From IMG/VR virus record IMGVR_UViG_3300032254_000001, positions 224,001 to 288,000 of that record: DNA of 64,000 nucleotides; one strand, written 5' to 3'. Origin of the DNA: a virus (taxonomy: Duplodnaviria; Caudoviricetes). The position numbers and the translations under genes were made by a program. The notes below the pieces were generated by a model that saw only the letters and a program-made list of their open reading frames with translations, did no database searches and had not been told where the DNA came from. Below are positions 18,812 to 29,793 of this stretch, in pieces (position 1 is the stretch's first letter; each line of letters opens with the position of its first letter).

Positions 18812-20236
18812 TTAAACTACAACTTCAATAACTGCTTCGCCTTCAGAATCTTCTAAAGCCTTAGCAATTACAGCACCCATCATAGGGTTAGCTTCTGCTC
18901 TCGCTCCGCCGTTGCCGTCACTTACAAGCATGTCGCCTTTCTTGATGCTACCGCTTACCTTACATGGAACTCGTCCACGTAATGCTACTGCTACACCGTC
19001 TGCGTCACTGTTCATTAAGTAAGCTGGGTTTGTTGAAACAATACCTGCTACTCGTTGATCGTGATCGTGGCCACAAGCTGTAACTTCCTTAGCACCACCA
19101 AAACATACTACAGTACCTGGAGCAATTTCGGCATCAGCTTCATATATTTCAGCTAAATCCGCGTACTGAGCAGATGTTGATTCACCGTAGAATGTAGTTG
19201 CATACATTGCGTTGAATACGTTACCACTTGCACCAACTGTACGAGTGTTGTTTGCATCTGGAACTAAGTTACCAGCAATGCTGTCACCAGTGTTAGAAAC
19301 AAACGCATCATCAACACTAAAATCGTTACCAGTTAATGTTAAGTTTGTGCCTGCTGTGTAAGCTGGTAAACCCTGGAACTGTGAAAATGTTAATGCATCA
19401 GTATCAAGAACAGCTATTGCCGGTGAACCACCGCCTGATAAACCAGTTTCTAATAGTGTCCAACCAGAAAGACCATTTGCTGAACCTTCGTTAATGAATG
19501 CAAATGTACCAGCTGTTACTTCACCTGATGGGTTACCATCGTAGTCAGTTGCACGAGTTAATACAAACGCAACACCGGCAGTACCTAATGTTGTCATTTC
19601 GTATATACCGTTATCAGCACCAGCTGCCTGGTCTTTAACCATAATACGATCGCCTAATTCAACTGCAATAGTATCAACTGTTAATACACCAACTGCATTA
19701 GCTGTTAATGTTTTACCAATACCTGAGCCTGCTGCTGTCACTGCTGGAAGAGCTGCATCTGTAGCTACTCGACATGCATCTTTAACTAATAAACCAGCTT
19801 GGGCTGAGTCTAACTGATTCTTAGTAACTGCATCTTGAGATGATACGCCATCAGCCATGTTAGTAATACGCTGGCTACCCATGTTGATTAAGCCAGTCAT
19901 TGTAACTGTACCATCAGCTAAGAAGATAGCATTACCATGAATACCATCAACCATATCTGCATCAATGCCAGAACCTGAACCGTCAACAGTAATTAATGCT
20001 GCTAGTATCTCAGCTGCTGATTGATCAGCCGTTGCACTTGCTTCAATTGCTGCAAGCTTTGATTTTTCAGCATCAGTATAACGTATTGTTGCTACGTCAA
20101 TAACAGTGCCACCACTATCTTTCATATAGATAATGCCGTCTGCTGTGTTTAATGCGAGTTCACCAGCTGCTAAGTCGCCTGGATTAGGCACTGCACTTGC
20201 TGTCGAACTCCTTTTAAGTAATATTGTATTTGCCAT
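18812..20236 (-). CDS. Tail fibre protein with C-terminal intramolecular chaperone (peptidase G2-like)
   Basis: N-terminal ILLKRS...GELALNTADG; QDAVTKNQLD; C-terminal YADLAE.Y...VALRGRVPCKV. Confidence 0.8.
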   Translation of the reverse strand: MANTILLKRSSTASAVPNPGDLAAGELALNTADGIIYMKDSGGTVIDVATIRYTDAEKSKLAAIEASATADQSAAEILAALITVDGSGSGIDADMVDGIHGNAIFLADGTVTMTGLINMGSQRITNMADGVSSQDAVTKNQLDSAQAGLLVKDACRVATDAALPAVTAAGSGIGKTLTANAVGVLTVDTIAVELGDRIMVKDQAAGADNGIYEMTTLGTAGVAFVLTRATDYDGNPSGEVTAGTFAFINEGSANGLSGWTLLETGLSGGGSPAIAVLDTDALTFSQFQGLPAYTAGTNLTLTGNDFSVDDAFVSNTGDSIAGNLVPDANNTRTVGASGNVFNAMYATTFYGESTSAQYADLAEIYEADAEIAPGTVVCFGGAKEVTACGHDHDQRVAGIVSTNPAYLMNSDADGVAVALRGRVPCKVSGSIKKGDMLVSDGNGGARAEANPMMGAVIAKALEDSEGEAVIEVVV

Positions 20237-20330
20237 TTTTATAGTCTCCTATGAGAGGTCAAATTATTAATTGGCTTATTAATAATGCCTTGCGGGTCAG
20301 GTTAACTTTCGCTAACGCCCAGTGGGTCAA

Positions 20331-20352
20331 GACTGGGGCAAATGCCCCAGTC
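20331..20352. promoter_or_regulatory. GC-rich hairpin without U-tract between tail-fibre genes
   Basis: GACTGGGGC-aaat-GCCCCAGTC. Confidence 0.45.
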
Positions 20353-20362
20353 GCCCGTTCTA

Positions 20363-23300
20363 TTAGTACGAACCACCGTCTAAAGTGACATCTGGATCTA
20401 ATGTTGTACCTAAGTCTACTGGAGCTGGATCAACGCCATTTGACTGTAAGAATGTTACCGTACCTGCTACATTCTTAATCTTAACACCGCCTAAGTCAAT
20501 AGTTGTGCCTGATAAGTACAGATCTTTCCAACGATTAGTTAATGAACCTAAATCGTATGTTACGTCTGCTGATGGAATCATGTGTCCAGTTATATCAAAC
20601 TGTGTTGTGTTAGCTTGTATTGTAACACCACCGTCTGATACACCGTTAACACTTGTAGTAGTTGTTAACTCACGTACTTCAATAACATCGCCTGTTGCTG
20701 GAGCTTCAGTAAATGTTAATGTAGTACCAACAACACCGTAAGCTGTAGTTGGAAGCTGAACAACACCGTTAATGCTAACAATACATGAAGCAGTTGTTTG
20801 AGCACTTGCTAATGTAAATGCAGTTTCTAAATCATCACCTGCGAATGTTTCACTTGCAATGATTGTAAACTCTGTACCAAACGTTGCCCACACTGTGCCA
20901 TCAAAGAATTCATATTGATTAAACACTGTGTTATAACGCATCATACCAGCTATACCAACTGATGGACGTTCTAGTGTAGTACCAGTTGAAAGTATAGATG
21001 AAGTGTTGCCACCTACCTGGAACTCAACGTCTGTTAATATTGCTGCTGTACCAACGTTAACACTGTCTGAACCTGCATCAACAAATAATGCGTTAGCATT
21101 TCCGTTACCTTCAACGCGGAAGTTAAAATCACCGCCTGCATCGTTAATAGTAAGCTCTGTGCCCGCAGTTGCTGATATGTCATTACCATCAATAGTAACG
21201 TTATCAATTGCTGCTGAACCTGTTACAGTTACAACACCAGTCGCATTAATATCAGTTGTAGTTGTTAAACCAGTTACACCAAGTGTACCAGTTGTTGCAA
21301 CATTACCTGTTGTATCTGCTACTGTAAACGCACCAGCGTCTGCTGTAATACCACCGTTAAGTGTTGTTAAACCAGCTACTGTTAAAGTACCAGTAGATGC
21401 AACGTTACCAGTTGTATCTGCTACTGTAAACGCTGTTCCGTCTACTGCGATACCACCGTTAAGATTAGCTAGACCGCCAACTGTTGCTGTGCTTAATGTA
21501 GCCATTGCGCCAGTAGTACCATCAACTGTGAAGTTTGTACCATCTACTGCAATACCACCGTTAGCATTTAACAGAGCTGTCATTGTTGCTATACCAGTTA
21601 CACCAAGTGTACCAGCAATCTGAACGTTATCTGGTAAACCAATTGTTACTGTGTCTACACCTGTTACAACTTCAACTTCACTTGCTGTACCACTAAGTGT
21701 GAGTGTATCACCTCCTGATATTGTAGTTGGAGTAGTACCGTCTGTAAGTGTGAAACCAGTAGAAGCAGTTGCGTCTACGTATGCTTTAGTTGCTGCATCT
21801 TGTGCAAGTGCTGGATCTGCTAAGTTAGTAAGCTTGTTTGCGCCTGCATCAAATACTGAAAGTGCATCTAATGTTACTGCGCCAACTTGTAAGCCACCGT
21901 TTAAGTCAGTTAAACCAGTTACTGTTAATGTACCGTCTGTTGCAACATTACCTGTAACATCTGCTACAGTAAATGCAGTACCGTCTACAGCAATACCACC
22001 GTTTAGGCTAGCTAAACCAGCTGAGTCCATTGTACCAGCAACTACAGTATTACCGTTAGTTGTATCAACGCTAAATGTTGTGCCCGATGTGCCATCTTGT
22101 ATTAAGAATACATCACCTACGCCACCTGTTAATGTAACGTCGGCGCCAAATGTTACTGCACCGTCTGCGTTTAATGTACTTGCTGTGCTTACTGCACCAG
22201 TTGTACCGCTAACTGTAAAGTTTGAACTATCAACTGCAATACCACCGTCTAATGTTGCAAGACCAGCTGTATTTAAAGTACCAGCAATTGTTGTGTTACC
22301 TGTACCGTCTGCTACGATAAATGCATTTGTATCAACTGTGATGCCGCCGTTTAAAGCTGCGCCAGTTGTAACTGTTAATGCACCACCAATAGTAACGTCA
22401 TCTGGTAAACCAATTGTTAAAGTATCTGTTGCTGTTACCGCAACGTTAACTTCATTAGCTGTACCGTTTACTGTTAATGTATCACTACCAGCAATTACTT
22501 GTGGTGTAACACCATCTGTAATAGTCCAACCAGCTTCAACTAAGCTATCTACATAACCTTTGTTTGCTAAGTGTGCATCAAGTGATGGAGATGTTGCCCA
22601 TGATATAGAACCAATAGCTGCATCAACAGTGTAAGCACCGTCCATTGTATCGCCAGTGTTAAGTAACTTACCGTCTAATGCAGTTTGTAAACCATCTACG
22701 TTTGCAATGATATGTGCGTGACTATCGTCAACTACTGTTACCGTTAATGTGCCGCCAGCTAAGTCAGTCATTGTGATTGAACCAGTTGCGTCACCACCCA
22801 ATGTAATAACTGGATCTGGCTTATTAGTTGTGTTAGTCCAATCTAAGTAGTAAGTACCTTCTTGACCGTCTAATAAGTCTGCGTCTAAGAATGAGCCTGC
22901 ACCTTGTGGTGATACGTTTAAAGTATTACCGGCGTATTCTAAGTTAGTTCCTGCTGCAATACTGCCTGGACCAGTAATTTCTACCCAAGAATCTGTATCT
23001 GCGTTATACAAGTATGTGTGTCCATAATGCACTGAATCTGGATCAGAACATAAAACAGTAATACCTTGTACAATTTCTGTTTCGCCTGCTGCTAAACCAC
23101 TACGTCCTTCTGGGAAAGACCAACTTGCTGCTGTAGTTCCGTTACCTGTACCGGTGAACTCAATTAAATCGCCTTTCTTAATGTTATTTGTAACATCAAG
23201 CGCGGCACCGCTGCCAGCACCGCCGATGCCTGTTGCTACGAAGCTCACGCCAACTGTGTCAGCAGATGCGCCAATTGCTATAAAGTCTGTGGTACCAACT

Positions 23301-26227
23301 GTTGTAATTCTGTAAGTATCACCAACTACAAAGTTACCATCTGTTACAGTTGCATCATCAGCGCCAATATCAATTTGACCTAATGCACTATCTAGGATTC
23401 CTTGTGCTGTAATGTGTTCTGCACCAATGATGAATCTGTCGCCTGTTGATAATGGTGTTTCGATCAATGTGTAGTCACCATTGCCTGTGCTTGTAATTGT
23501 TAAGTTAACAATGTCGCCTGCAGATGTGCCAACTACTGTTGACCCTGTACCTAATGAGAATGTAATAGCTGCGGTTGCAATAAAGGAGCAATCTGAGCCT
23601 ACTGTTAAACCATAATCTGCTTCTGGTGTCGCTGGGTTTACACTAACAACGTCAGCTAAATCTGTGTCAGTAACTGGATCTTTCCATACTGTACTTGATG
23701 ATACTAAGTTGTCAACATATACTTTAGTTGCTGCATCTTGAGCTACTGTTGGATCAGCCATGTTAGTGACTTTATTAGCACCCATATCAAGTGTGCTTGC
23801 TGCATCAATTGTAACGTCTGCTAATGTAGTAATACCATCAACGTTCATTGTACCTGTTGTGCTTACATTACCAGTTGCGTCTGCTACCGTAAACACGCCA
23901 TCTACATCAATACCACCGTCTAAGCTAGCTAAACCAGTTGCATTAATTGCCGCTGCATTTGTAGCTCCAGTAATTGTTAAATCGTTACCAATTGTAACGT
24001 CATCTGGTAAACTAAATGTTATTTGGTCAGTAGCTGTAATAACAACATCAATTTCGTTTGCTGTGCTATTGAATGTAATTGTTTCACCACCTGATATAGG
24101 TTGTGAACCTACGCCATCATCAACGATAGTAAACGCTAGACCCGAAAGTCCTGCATCAACATATGCTTTAGATGTTGCATCTTGTGCTTGAGTTGGTTCT
24201 GCAATATTAGTAACACGGTTGCCGCCCATATCGACAGTACCAGCTAATTTAGCTGCACCAGTTGTACCCGTACCTGGACCAGTTGCTGTAAATATTACAC
24301 CTACTGTATTTGCACTTGCACCAATTAGTGTAAAGTCTGTATCACCAACTGTTGTAATTTCATATGTAACACCATTAACGAAGTTAGTTGTTGCAACAAT
24401 TGTTTCTGTTATAACAAGTTCCGAAATGTCTGCTTTTTCAAGTGTTGTATCACCAGTTACATCTAATGTACCGGTTGTGCTAATGTTACCACTAGTATCT
24501 GCTACTATAAATGCACCATCTACATCAATACCACCGTCTGCTGATAATACACCAGTAAGTGTAACTGCATCTGGTAAACCAATTGTTAATGTATCTACTG
24601 CTGTAAAGCCAACTTCAACTTCAAGTGCTGTACCCTGTATAACTAATGTATCACCACCTGATATAGTATCAGAAGATGTGCCATCGTTAAGTGTGAAACC
24701 AGTTGCTGCAACCGAATCAACGTATGCTTTAGTTGAAGCATCCTGTGGGTTAGATGGATCTGCAACATTTGTTAATGCATTTGCACCAGCGTCAAAAGTA
24801 GAAAGAGCGTCTAATGTTACATCGTTTAATGTTGAAAGACCGTCTACGTTTGCTGTACCAGTTGTACTAATATTACCAGTTGTGTTTGCTACTGTAAATG
24901 CACCGTCTACATCAATGCCACCGTCTAAACTAGCTAGGCCAGCTACGTCAAGTGTGCTTGCTGTTGCTACTGCACCAGTAGTACCGTTAACTGTAAAGTT
25001 TGAAGTATCAACTGCGATACCACCATCTGCATTTAAAATGCCAGTTAATGTTGTTGCACCAGTTACACCAAGTGTACCAGCTACCTGTACGTTTGTAGCA
25101 AGACCAACAACTAAAGTATCAACACCTGCGCCTGCTACTACTGTAGTTTCGCCTGCTGTACCAGTAACTGCTAATGTATCACCACCTGAAATAGTAGTTG
25201 AACCTGTATCACCTGTTAAAGTGAAACCGCTTCCTGCAATTGTATCAACATATGCTTTTGTAGCTGCATCTTGATCTAATGTTGGATCAGCAATATTTGT
25301 AATCTTGTTTGCGCCACCATCAATTGTGCTTAGTGCATCCCAAGTTGTATCTGCTACTGTTAAAAGACCGTTTAAGTCTGTTGTGCTGTTTGCTGTTATT
25401 GAACCGCCTGCTACAACATTACCAGTTAAGTCAGCTACTGTGAACACGCCATCTACATCAATACCACCATCTAGACTAGCTAGACCAGTTGCATTAATAA
25501 CACCAAGTGTTGATGTACCTGTTACGCCAAGTGTGCTTGTTGTGCTAACTGCACCAGTTGTACCATCTACAGTAAAGTTTGTACCGTCTACTGCAATGCC
25601 ACCGTTAAGATCTGAAAGACCATTAACTGTTAATGATGAAAGTGTTGTTGAGCCTGCGCCAAGTGTACCAGTTGTTAAAATGTTACCAGTTGTATCTGCT
25701 ACTGTAAATGCGCCATCTACATCAATACCACCGTCTAAACTTGAAAGACCAGTTACATTAAGTGCTGTAAGGTTAGTGTCGCCTACTGGAATATCTAATC
25801 CAGCTAGTGTAGTAGTACCAGTCGCTGTGAATGCAGCAACCTGCATGTCAGCACCTGCTGAAAATGTTACTACAGTATTTGATTCTGCTTCATTAACAAA
25901 GCCTGCTCTAAATTTTGATAAGCTTTCATCCCAAACGAAAGCAACGTTTGTGTCTGTGCCACGTTCACCAATGAAACCAATGTCAACCGCGCCGGCGCCT
26001 GTTTGCTGTGAAGCTAATACAAGGATCGGATCTTCTACGGTTGTGTTAGTTGAGTTGACGGTAGTCGTTGTACCGTTGACAGTCAAGTTACCTGTTACGG
26101 TAAGGTTTGACCCATATGTTAAATCATTTTCTAACAATCCAGACGTTACAGAAAGGCCAGAGACCTTTTCCGATGCAACGATTGTAGTGTCAGTAATCTG
26201 ATTATTTTTAATTCTTGTAATAGCCAT
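20363..26227 (-). CDS. Very long repetitive tail fibre/adhesin-like virion protein (1954 aa)
   Basis: Repeated ADPT..QDAATK.YVD, GGIDVDG.FTVAD.TGN and T/G/V-rich beta repeats; late promoter at 26242-26247. Confidence 0.85.
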   Translation of the reverse strand: MAITRIKNNQITDTTIVASEKVSGLSVTSGLLENDLTYGSNLTVTGNLTVNGTTTTVNSTNTTVEDPILVLASQQTGAGAVDIGFIGERGTDTNVAFVWDESLSKFRAGFVNEAESNTVVTFSAGADMQVAAFTATGTTTLAGLDIPVGDTNLTALNVTGLSSLDGGIDVDGAFTVADTTGNILTTGTLGAGSTTLSSLTVNGLSDLNGGIAVDGTNFTVDGTTGAVSTTSTLGVTGTSTLGVINATGLASLDGGIDVDGVFTVADLTGNVVAGGSITANSTTDLNGLLTVADTTWDALSTIDGGANKITNIADPTLDQDAATKAYVDTIAGSGFTLTGDTGSTTISGGDTLAVTGTAGETTVVAGAGVDTLVVGLATNVQVAGTLGVTGATTLTGILNADGGIAVDTSNFTVNGTTGAVATASTLDVAGLASLDGGIDVDGAFTVANTTGNISTTGTANVDGLSTLNDVTLDALSTFDAGANALTNVADPSNPQDASTKAYVDSVAATGFTLNDGTSSDTISGGDTLVIQGTALEVEVGFTAVDTLTIGLPDAVTLTGVLSADGGIDVDGAFIVADTSGNISTTGTLDVTGDTTLEKADISELVITETIVATTNFVNGVTYEITTVGDTDFTLIGASANTVGVIFTATGPGTGTTGAAKLAGTVDMGGNRVTNIAEPTQAQDATSKAYVDAGLSGLAFTIVDDGVGSQPISGGETITFNSTANEIDVVITATDQITFSLPDDVTIGNDLTITGATNAAAINATGLASLDGGIDVDGVFTVADATGNVSTTGTMNVDGITTLADVTIDAASTLDMGANKVTNMADPTVAQDAATKVYVDNLVSSSTVWKDPVTDTDLADVVSVNPATPEADYGLTVGSDCSFIATAAITFSLGTGSTVVGTSAGDIVNLTITSTGNGDYTLIETPLSTGDRFIIGAEHITAQGILDSALGQIDIGADDATVTDGNFVVGDTYRITTVGTTDFIAIGASADTVGVSFVATGIGGAGSGAALDVTNNIKKGDLIEFTGTGNGTTAASWSFPEGRSGLAAGETEIVQGITVLCSDPDSVHYGHTYLYNADTDSWVEITGPGSIAAGTNLEYAGNTLNVSPQGAGSFLDADLLDGQEGTYYLDWTNTTNKPDPVITLGGDATGSITMTDLAGGTLTVTVVDDSHAHIIANVDGLQTALDGKLLNTGDTMDGAYTVDAAIGSISWATSPSLDAHLANKGYVDSLVEAGWTITDGVTPQVIAGSDTLTVNGTANEVNVAVTATDTLTIGLPDDVTIGGALTVTTGAALNGGITVDTNAFIVADGTGNTTIAGTLNTAGLATLDGGIAVDSSNFTVSGTTGAVSTASTLNADGAVTFGADVTLTGGVGDVFLIQDGTSGTTFSVDTTNGNTVVAGTMDSAGLASLNGGIAVDGTAFTVADVTGNVATDGTLTVTGLTDLNGGLQVGAVTLDALSVFDAGANKLTNLADPALAQDAATKAYVDATASTGFTLTDGTTPTTISGGDTLTLSGTASEVEVVTGVDTVTIGLPDNVQIAGTLGVTGIATMTALLNANGGIAVDGTNFTVDGTTGAMATLSTATVGGLANLNGGIAVDGTAFTVADTTGNVASTGTLTVAGLTTLNGGITADAGAFTVADTTGNVATTGTLGVTGLTTTTDINATGVVTVTGSAAIDNVTIDGNDISATAGTELTINDAGGDFNFRVEGNGNANALFVDAGSDSVNVGTAAILTDVEFQVGGNTSSILSTGTTLERPSVGIAGMMRYNTVFNQYEFFDGTVWATFGTEFTIIASETFAGDDLETAFTLASAQTTASCIVSINGVVQLPTTAYGVVGTTLTFTEAPATGDVIEVRELTTTTSVNGVSDGGVTIQANTTQFDITGHMIPSADVTYDLGSLTNRWKDLYLSGTTIDLGGVKIKNVAGTVTFLQSNGVDPAPVDLGTTLDPDVTLDGGSY

Positions 26228-26305
26228 GATATTTGAGCTCCTATTTAGCTTACACGTATTTATATTTTTAAGCCAGATTTCGACTGTACGTATATTATCT
26301 TGGTA

Positions 26306-27694
26306 TTATATAGCTAGGAACCTTACTGATACGATATCAGTAACTAATAGGATAGATGTGAATGTTAAGGTTGTGCTGCTCACCGAATATACCGCGCCTC
26401 CTTGCGGATCTTGAACAAGACCATTAACACTAACGAGAATAGAATCCGTTGTTGCAGCTTTATTTAGCACAAAATCAAAGGAACTTGCTGTACCAGTACC
26501 AGTACCGATGCCTGTTGCTGTAAAGACTGTGCCCGGGTTGCTATCTGCTGCGCCAATAGTAGTGAAATCAGTTGTTCCAGTTGTGGCGATTTGATATGTA
26601 AATCCAATTGTGAAGAAACCAGCTGTGAGTGCTGCTGGAGTAATTTGCTGTGATGTAATTGCAAATGTTGTTGCGATGGTTCCCCAGAACGAACCATCAA
26701 AGTATTCAGGCTGGCCAGTTGTTTCATTCCAACGTGTCATACCAGCTACTGGAGTAACTGGACGTTCGCCTGTTGTGCCTGAAGGTAACTGCATTGCTGA
26801 CGAACTTTGTAGGTCGATGAGACCAGCACCTACAGAAACAGTTAAGTCACCGTCTGCTGTTGTTGTTAAACTCATGCCAGCTGTATTAGCTGTAATACCT
26901 GCGGCGTCTAATGTTAAATCGTCAACATTTAAAATACCTGTTAAATCAAATGTACTTGTGCCTGCTGTGTAATCAAATCCAGCTGTGCCATCTATGTGGC
27001 CTGCTGCATCTGTGAACAGAACTTTATTAGTTCCTGTTCCATTAACAAATACGTTACCTGTTAAATCTATATCGGCTGCATCGATAACTATTGTTGCACC
27101 AGTCGTGCCAATTGTGTCACCGGTTACTGTAATAGCACCTATTGTAGCTGTTGCGCCTGCAATGTCACCAGTTGCATTTAATGCAGGTACACTTAATAAT
27201 GTGCTTGTATATGTTCCGACTACTGCGCCATCAATTGTGTAATTAAAGTATCCAGCAGCGATGCCGTCGTCAATAACTTGTAAAGTTGTGTTGTCTAATG
27301 TGATGCGATCGTTTGTTAACGATCCTACTGTCGATGTAAGAGTCTGTAAGTTAACAACATCTAAAACCCCAACTGGGTCTAAGCAACCAAGTATTCTTTT
27401 GCTGTTAACGCTAACGTGGCCGCCTGTTGAAGTAAGTATTAAATCGCCTGTCGCTGCACTTACTGTATTACCTGATAATGTAATGTTACCTACGTCAGCT
27501 GTGTTAGCATCTAAGTTTAATGATATAGAAGCATTACCAACAACGTCTAATTGAGACGAAGGGGTCGCAGTGTTTATGCCAACACGCAATCCAGTGACGT
27601 CCATGTACAGTAAATTAGAATTAACACTAAGGTCAATCCCATCACGTTCTAAATCACTTTCTAACATTTTACCGCTTACTAAGTTAATAGCCAT
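26306..27694 (-). CDS. Tail fibre/baseplate-associated virion protein
   Basis: LQLPSGTT.ERP...GM.RWN; C-terminal VSVNG.VQ.P..Y.V..TTLTF domain shared with the 20363 gene. Confidence 0.75.
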   Translation of the reverse strand: MAINLVSGKMLESDLERDGIDLSVNSNLLYMDVTGLRVGINTATPSSQLDVVGNASISLNLDANTADVGNITLSGNTVSAATGDLILTSTGGHVSVNSKRILGCLDPVGVLDVVNLQTLTSTVGSLTNDRITLDNTTLQVIDDGIAAGYFNYTIDGAVVGTYTSTLLSVPALNATGDIAGATATIGAITVTGDTIGTTGATIVIDAADIDLTGNVFVNGTGTNKVLFTDAAGHIDGTAGFDYTAGTSTFDLTGILNVDDLTLDAAGITANTAGMSLTTTADGDLTVSVGAGLIDLQSSSAMQLPSGTTGERPVTPVAGMTRWNETTGQPEYFDGSFWGTIATTFAITSQQITPAALTAGFFTIGFTYQIATTGTTDFTTIGAADSNPGTVFTATGIGTGTGTASSFDFVLNKAATTDSILVSVNGLVQDPQGGAVYSVSSTTLTFTSILLVTDIVSVRFLAI

Positions 27695-27707
27695 TACATT
27701 TTATACC

Positions 27708-28145
27708 TTATAAATTTGGAACATCAAATACATTACCGCTCTCAACATACGTATCAAACAATCCGTGAATAATGGTAATGTCTAATCCTGTTGGCGGAAT
27801 TGATGTGAATACAATATCAAACCCTGACGTGTCGTAGTTACTTGCAGCACCTGGTGTTTGATAGATACCGTCAATAAACACTATTATGCTAGCGCGGTGT
27901 GATTCACGCGACATAGTAAATGATGCATTAATTCCGTCTGTCACTATCTTGTCAATACCAGGTGTTGTGAGTCCAGTCTTAGCCAGATCAACAAATGCTG
28001 TTCCGTTAAAGTATTCAAGACTTTCTGTGTCTGTGTTGTATCGCAAGGATGCTGTAATTGGAGTTACAGGACGCTCTGAAGTTGGTCCAGATGGTAGTAC
28101 CATTCCTTCATTACCGTGTTTACTCTTTTTAACAAAGTATCCCAT
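27708..28145 (-). CDS. Small virion structural protein
   Basis: LPSGPT.ERP...LRYN; VFIDGIYQ.P motif like neighbouring fibre genes. Confidence 0.7.
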   Translation of the reverse strand: MGYFVKKSKHGNEGMVLPSGPTSERPVTPITASLRYNTDTESLEYFNGTAFVDLAKTGLTTPGIDKIVTDGINASFTMSRESHRASIIVFIDGIYQTPGAASNYDTSGFDIVFTSIPPTGLDITIIHGLFDTYVESGNVFDVPNL

Positions 28146-28146
28146 G

Positions 28147-28461
28147 TTACACCGTCACATAACTTGTAATAACTGATACGACACTTGCTACCGACGAAAG
28201 TACTACAATCGAATCATTATTTTCCAGGACTAGTTTTTCACCACCTTGGTATAAAATATATGTGTCGCCTGCAATAATTTCAAGATCTGTTATTAACAGA
28301 TTGCCGGGGCCAGCTACGGCACCATCTGGTACAACGTGTATTTCACATGCTACCGCGGCGCCGCTAGTATTACACAGTGACATGAATGTTACCGCTGAAT
28401 CACCTGAACTTATATAAGTTGTTGCTGGTGCTGCGCCTACGCTTACTGTTGAAATTGCCAT
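28147..28461 (-). CDS. Small putative virion protein
   Basis: Beta-rich 104 aa in structural operon. Confidence 0.65.
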   Translation of the reverse strand: MAISTVSVGAAPATTYISSGDSAVTFMSLCNTSGAAVACEIHVVPDGAVAGPGNLLITDLEIIAGDTYILYQGGEKLVLENNDSIVVLSSVASVVSVITSYVTV

Positions 28462-28477
28462 TAATTAATAACCCTAT

Positions 28478-29137
28478 TTAAAATATTAAGCCATACAAGA
28501 TAGCTTTCTTTCTTGAAACTAATTCATCAGCATCTGTCGAGTTTGCAAAATACATACCCGATCCGCCTTTCCCAACAGTCTTAGCATAAAGTTTATTATA
28601 CCCTGCTGTTGGTGTTTCATCTGTTACTTGTTCTTTAAAAGACAAGTCCTGATCAAGTTTAACTAGACCAGTTGTGCCTGCTACTATTACAATGTCGCCG
28701 CCTGCGGCACTTGTAATTGAAAATCCGTTTACATCTAAATCGCCACCTAACTGCGGAGTTAAATCGCTAACTAAATTAAAGCTAGCTGCAATCGATGCAT
28801 TTAGTGGATACCAGTCACCAGGACTAGCAACATCAACATCGTTTGCTTCCCAGTAATCTAGTGTCTCGTTGTACCGTATACCTACATTTGCTGAACCGCC
28901 ACGATCTATTTCAATGCCTGATTCACCTTCAGATATGCCTGCGCCTAACTCTCCCGAGTTTAATACAATTTGGTTATCTACTATAGTTGTGTTAGTTGAT
29001 TGTATTAATGACGAAGCGCCTGTTACTATTAAGTCACCAGTAATTGTGATGCCACCTGCTTCGTGCAAAACAATTTTGTCGCCTGAATCTATTGATTCAA
29101 TTGTATAATCGCCTTTAACTCGTTTATTTAAACTCAT
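28478..29137 (-). CDS. Putative virion structural protein
   Basis: GIEIDRG, D.TPQLGGDLDVNG motifs; late promoter at 29159-29165. Confidence 0.7.
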   Translation of the reverse strand: MSLNKRVKGDYTIESIDSGDKIVLHEAGGITITGDLIVTGASSLIQSTNTTIVDNQIVLNSGELGAGISEGESGIEIDRGGSANVGIRYNETLDYWEANDVDVASPGDWYPLNASIAASFNLVSDLTPQLGGDLDVNGFSITSAAGGDIVIVAGTTGLVKLDQDLSFKEQVTDETPTAGYNKLYAKTVGKGGSGMYFANSTDADELVSRKKAILYGLIF

Positions 29138-29150
29138 TCAATGGTACTCC

Positions 29151-29729
29151 TTATACGTTATTTATGTGAATTAAGAATTCGTCAACAGATATAATTTCAA
29201 CATTTTCAAGTTCATTTAACGGTTCTGAGTACATTATCGCAGTTTCCGGGCCTGTAACTACCGTGAACTGTACATTTGGATTATGAATCATTACCGTTCT
29301 AATTTGATTATACCAATTTCCACCGTACGTAGGAGGATCATCTTTTGTCTTATAAAGTTCGTGGCCAGCATACACATTATTAAATTTATCGTTTGCACTT
29401 CCAAAATCAAACCCAAATAGGTAAAGATGGGTGTGTCCGTGCATAACTGCTAGCTGGACTGCATTAGGTCCGCTGCTCCAATTTGAATATGGTGCTTTTA
29501 GCTTCTTAGCACCTTTGTCTGCATATGGGCTTCTAGTATAAAACTCTCGGTGGTGTGCGTATCCTAAATCTTGGATCAGATGTGCCTGCTCATCGTCGGT
29601 TGCTACTAGAACATCCGGTGTTACTTCTTTGTAAATGTTATTGCACCCGTACAGCACACCTTTGCTGTTAACGAGTTTTAAACAAATACGGCGTCTACTG
29701 ATACCGTTTCCCGCTATATACACAGCCAT
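29151..29729 (-). CDS. DUF115/MAF-like nucleotide-sugar-related protein
   Basis: YIAGNG.SR, YGCN, LVATD, WSSGPNA, YLFGFDF motifs. Confidence 0.6.
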   Translation of the reverse strand: MAVYIAGNGISRRRICLKLVNSKGVLYGCNNIYKEVTPDVLVATDDEQAHLIQDLGYAHHREFYTRSPYADKGAKKLKAPYSNWSSGPNAVQLAVMHGHTHLYLFGFDFGSANDKFNNVYAGHELYKTKDDPPTYGGNWYNQIRTVMIHNPNVQFTVVTGPETAIMYSEPLNELENVEIISVDEFLIHINNV

Positions 29730-29734
29730 TAAAA

Positions 29735-29767
29735 AACCTCTTGTATGTAATTAGCACACAAGAGGTT
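29735..29767 (-). terminator. Intrinsic terminator
   Basis: AACCTCTTGT...ACAAGAGGTT, followed by a T-run on the minus strand. Confidence 0.6.
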
Positions 29768-29793
29768 AGTTAATAATTTAATTATAAATTAAA

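Noticed and set aside
20385-28176. Many long plus-strand ORFs (up to 351 aa) opposite the tail-fibre genes
   Set aside because: Shadow ORFs from the Thr/Val/Gly/Ala codon bias of the real minus-strand genes; no RBS or recognisable motifs.
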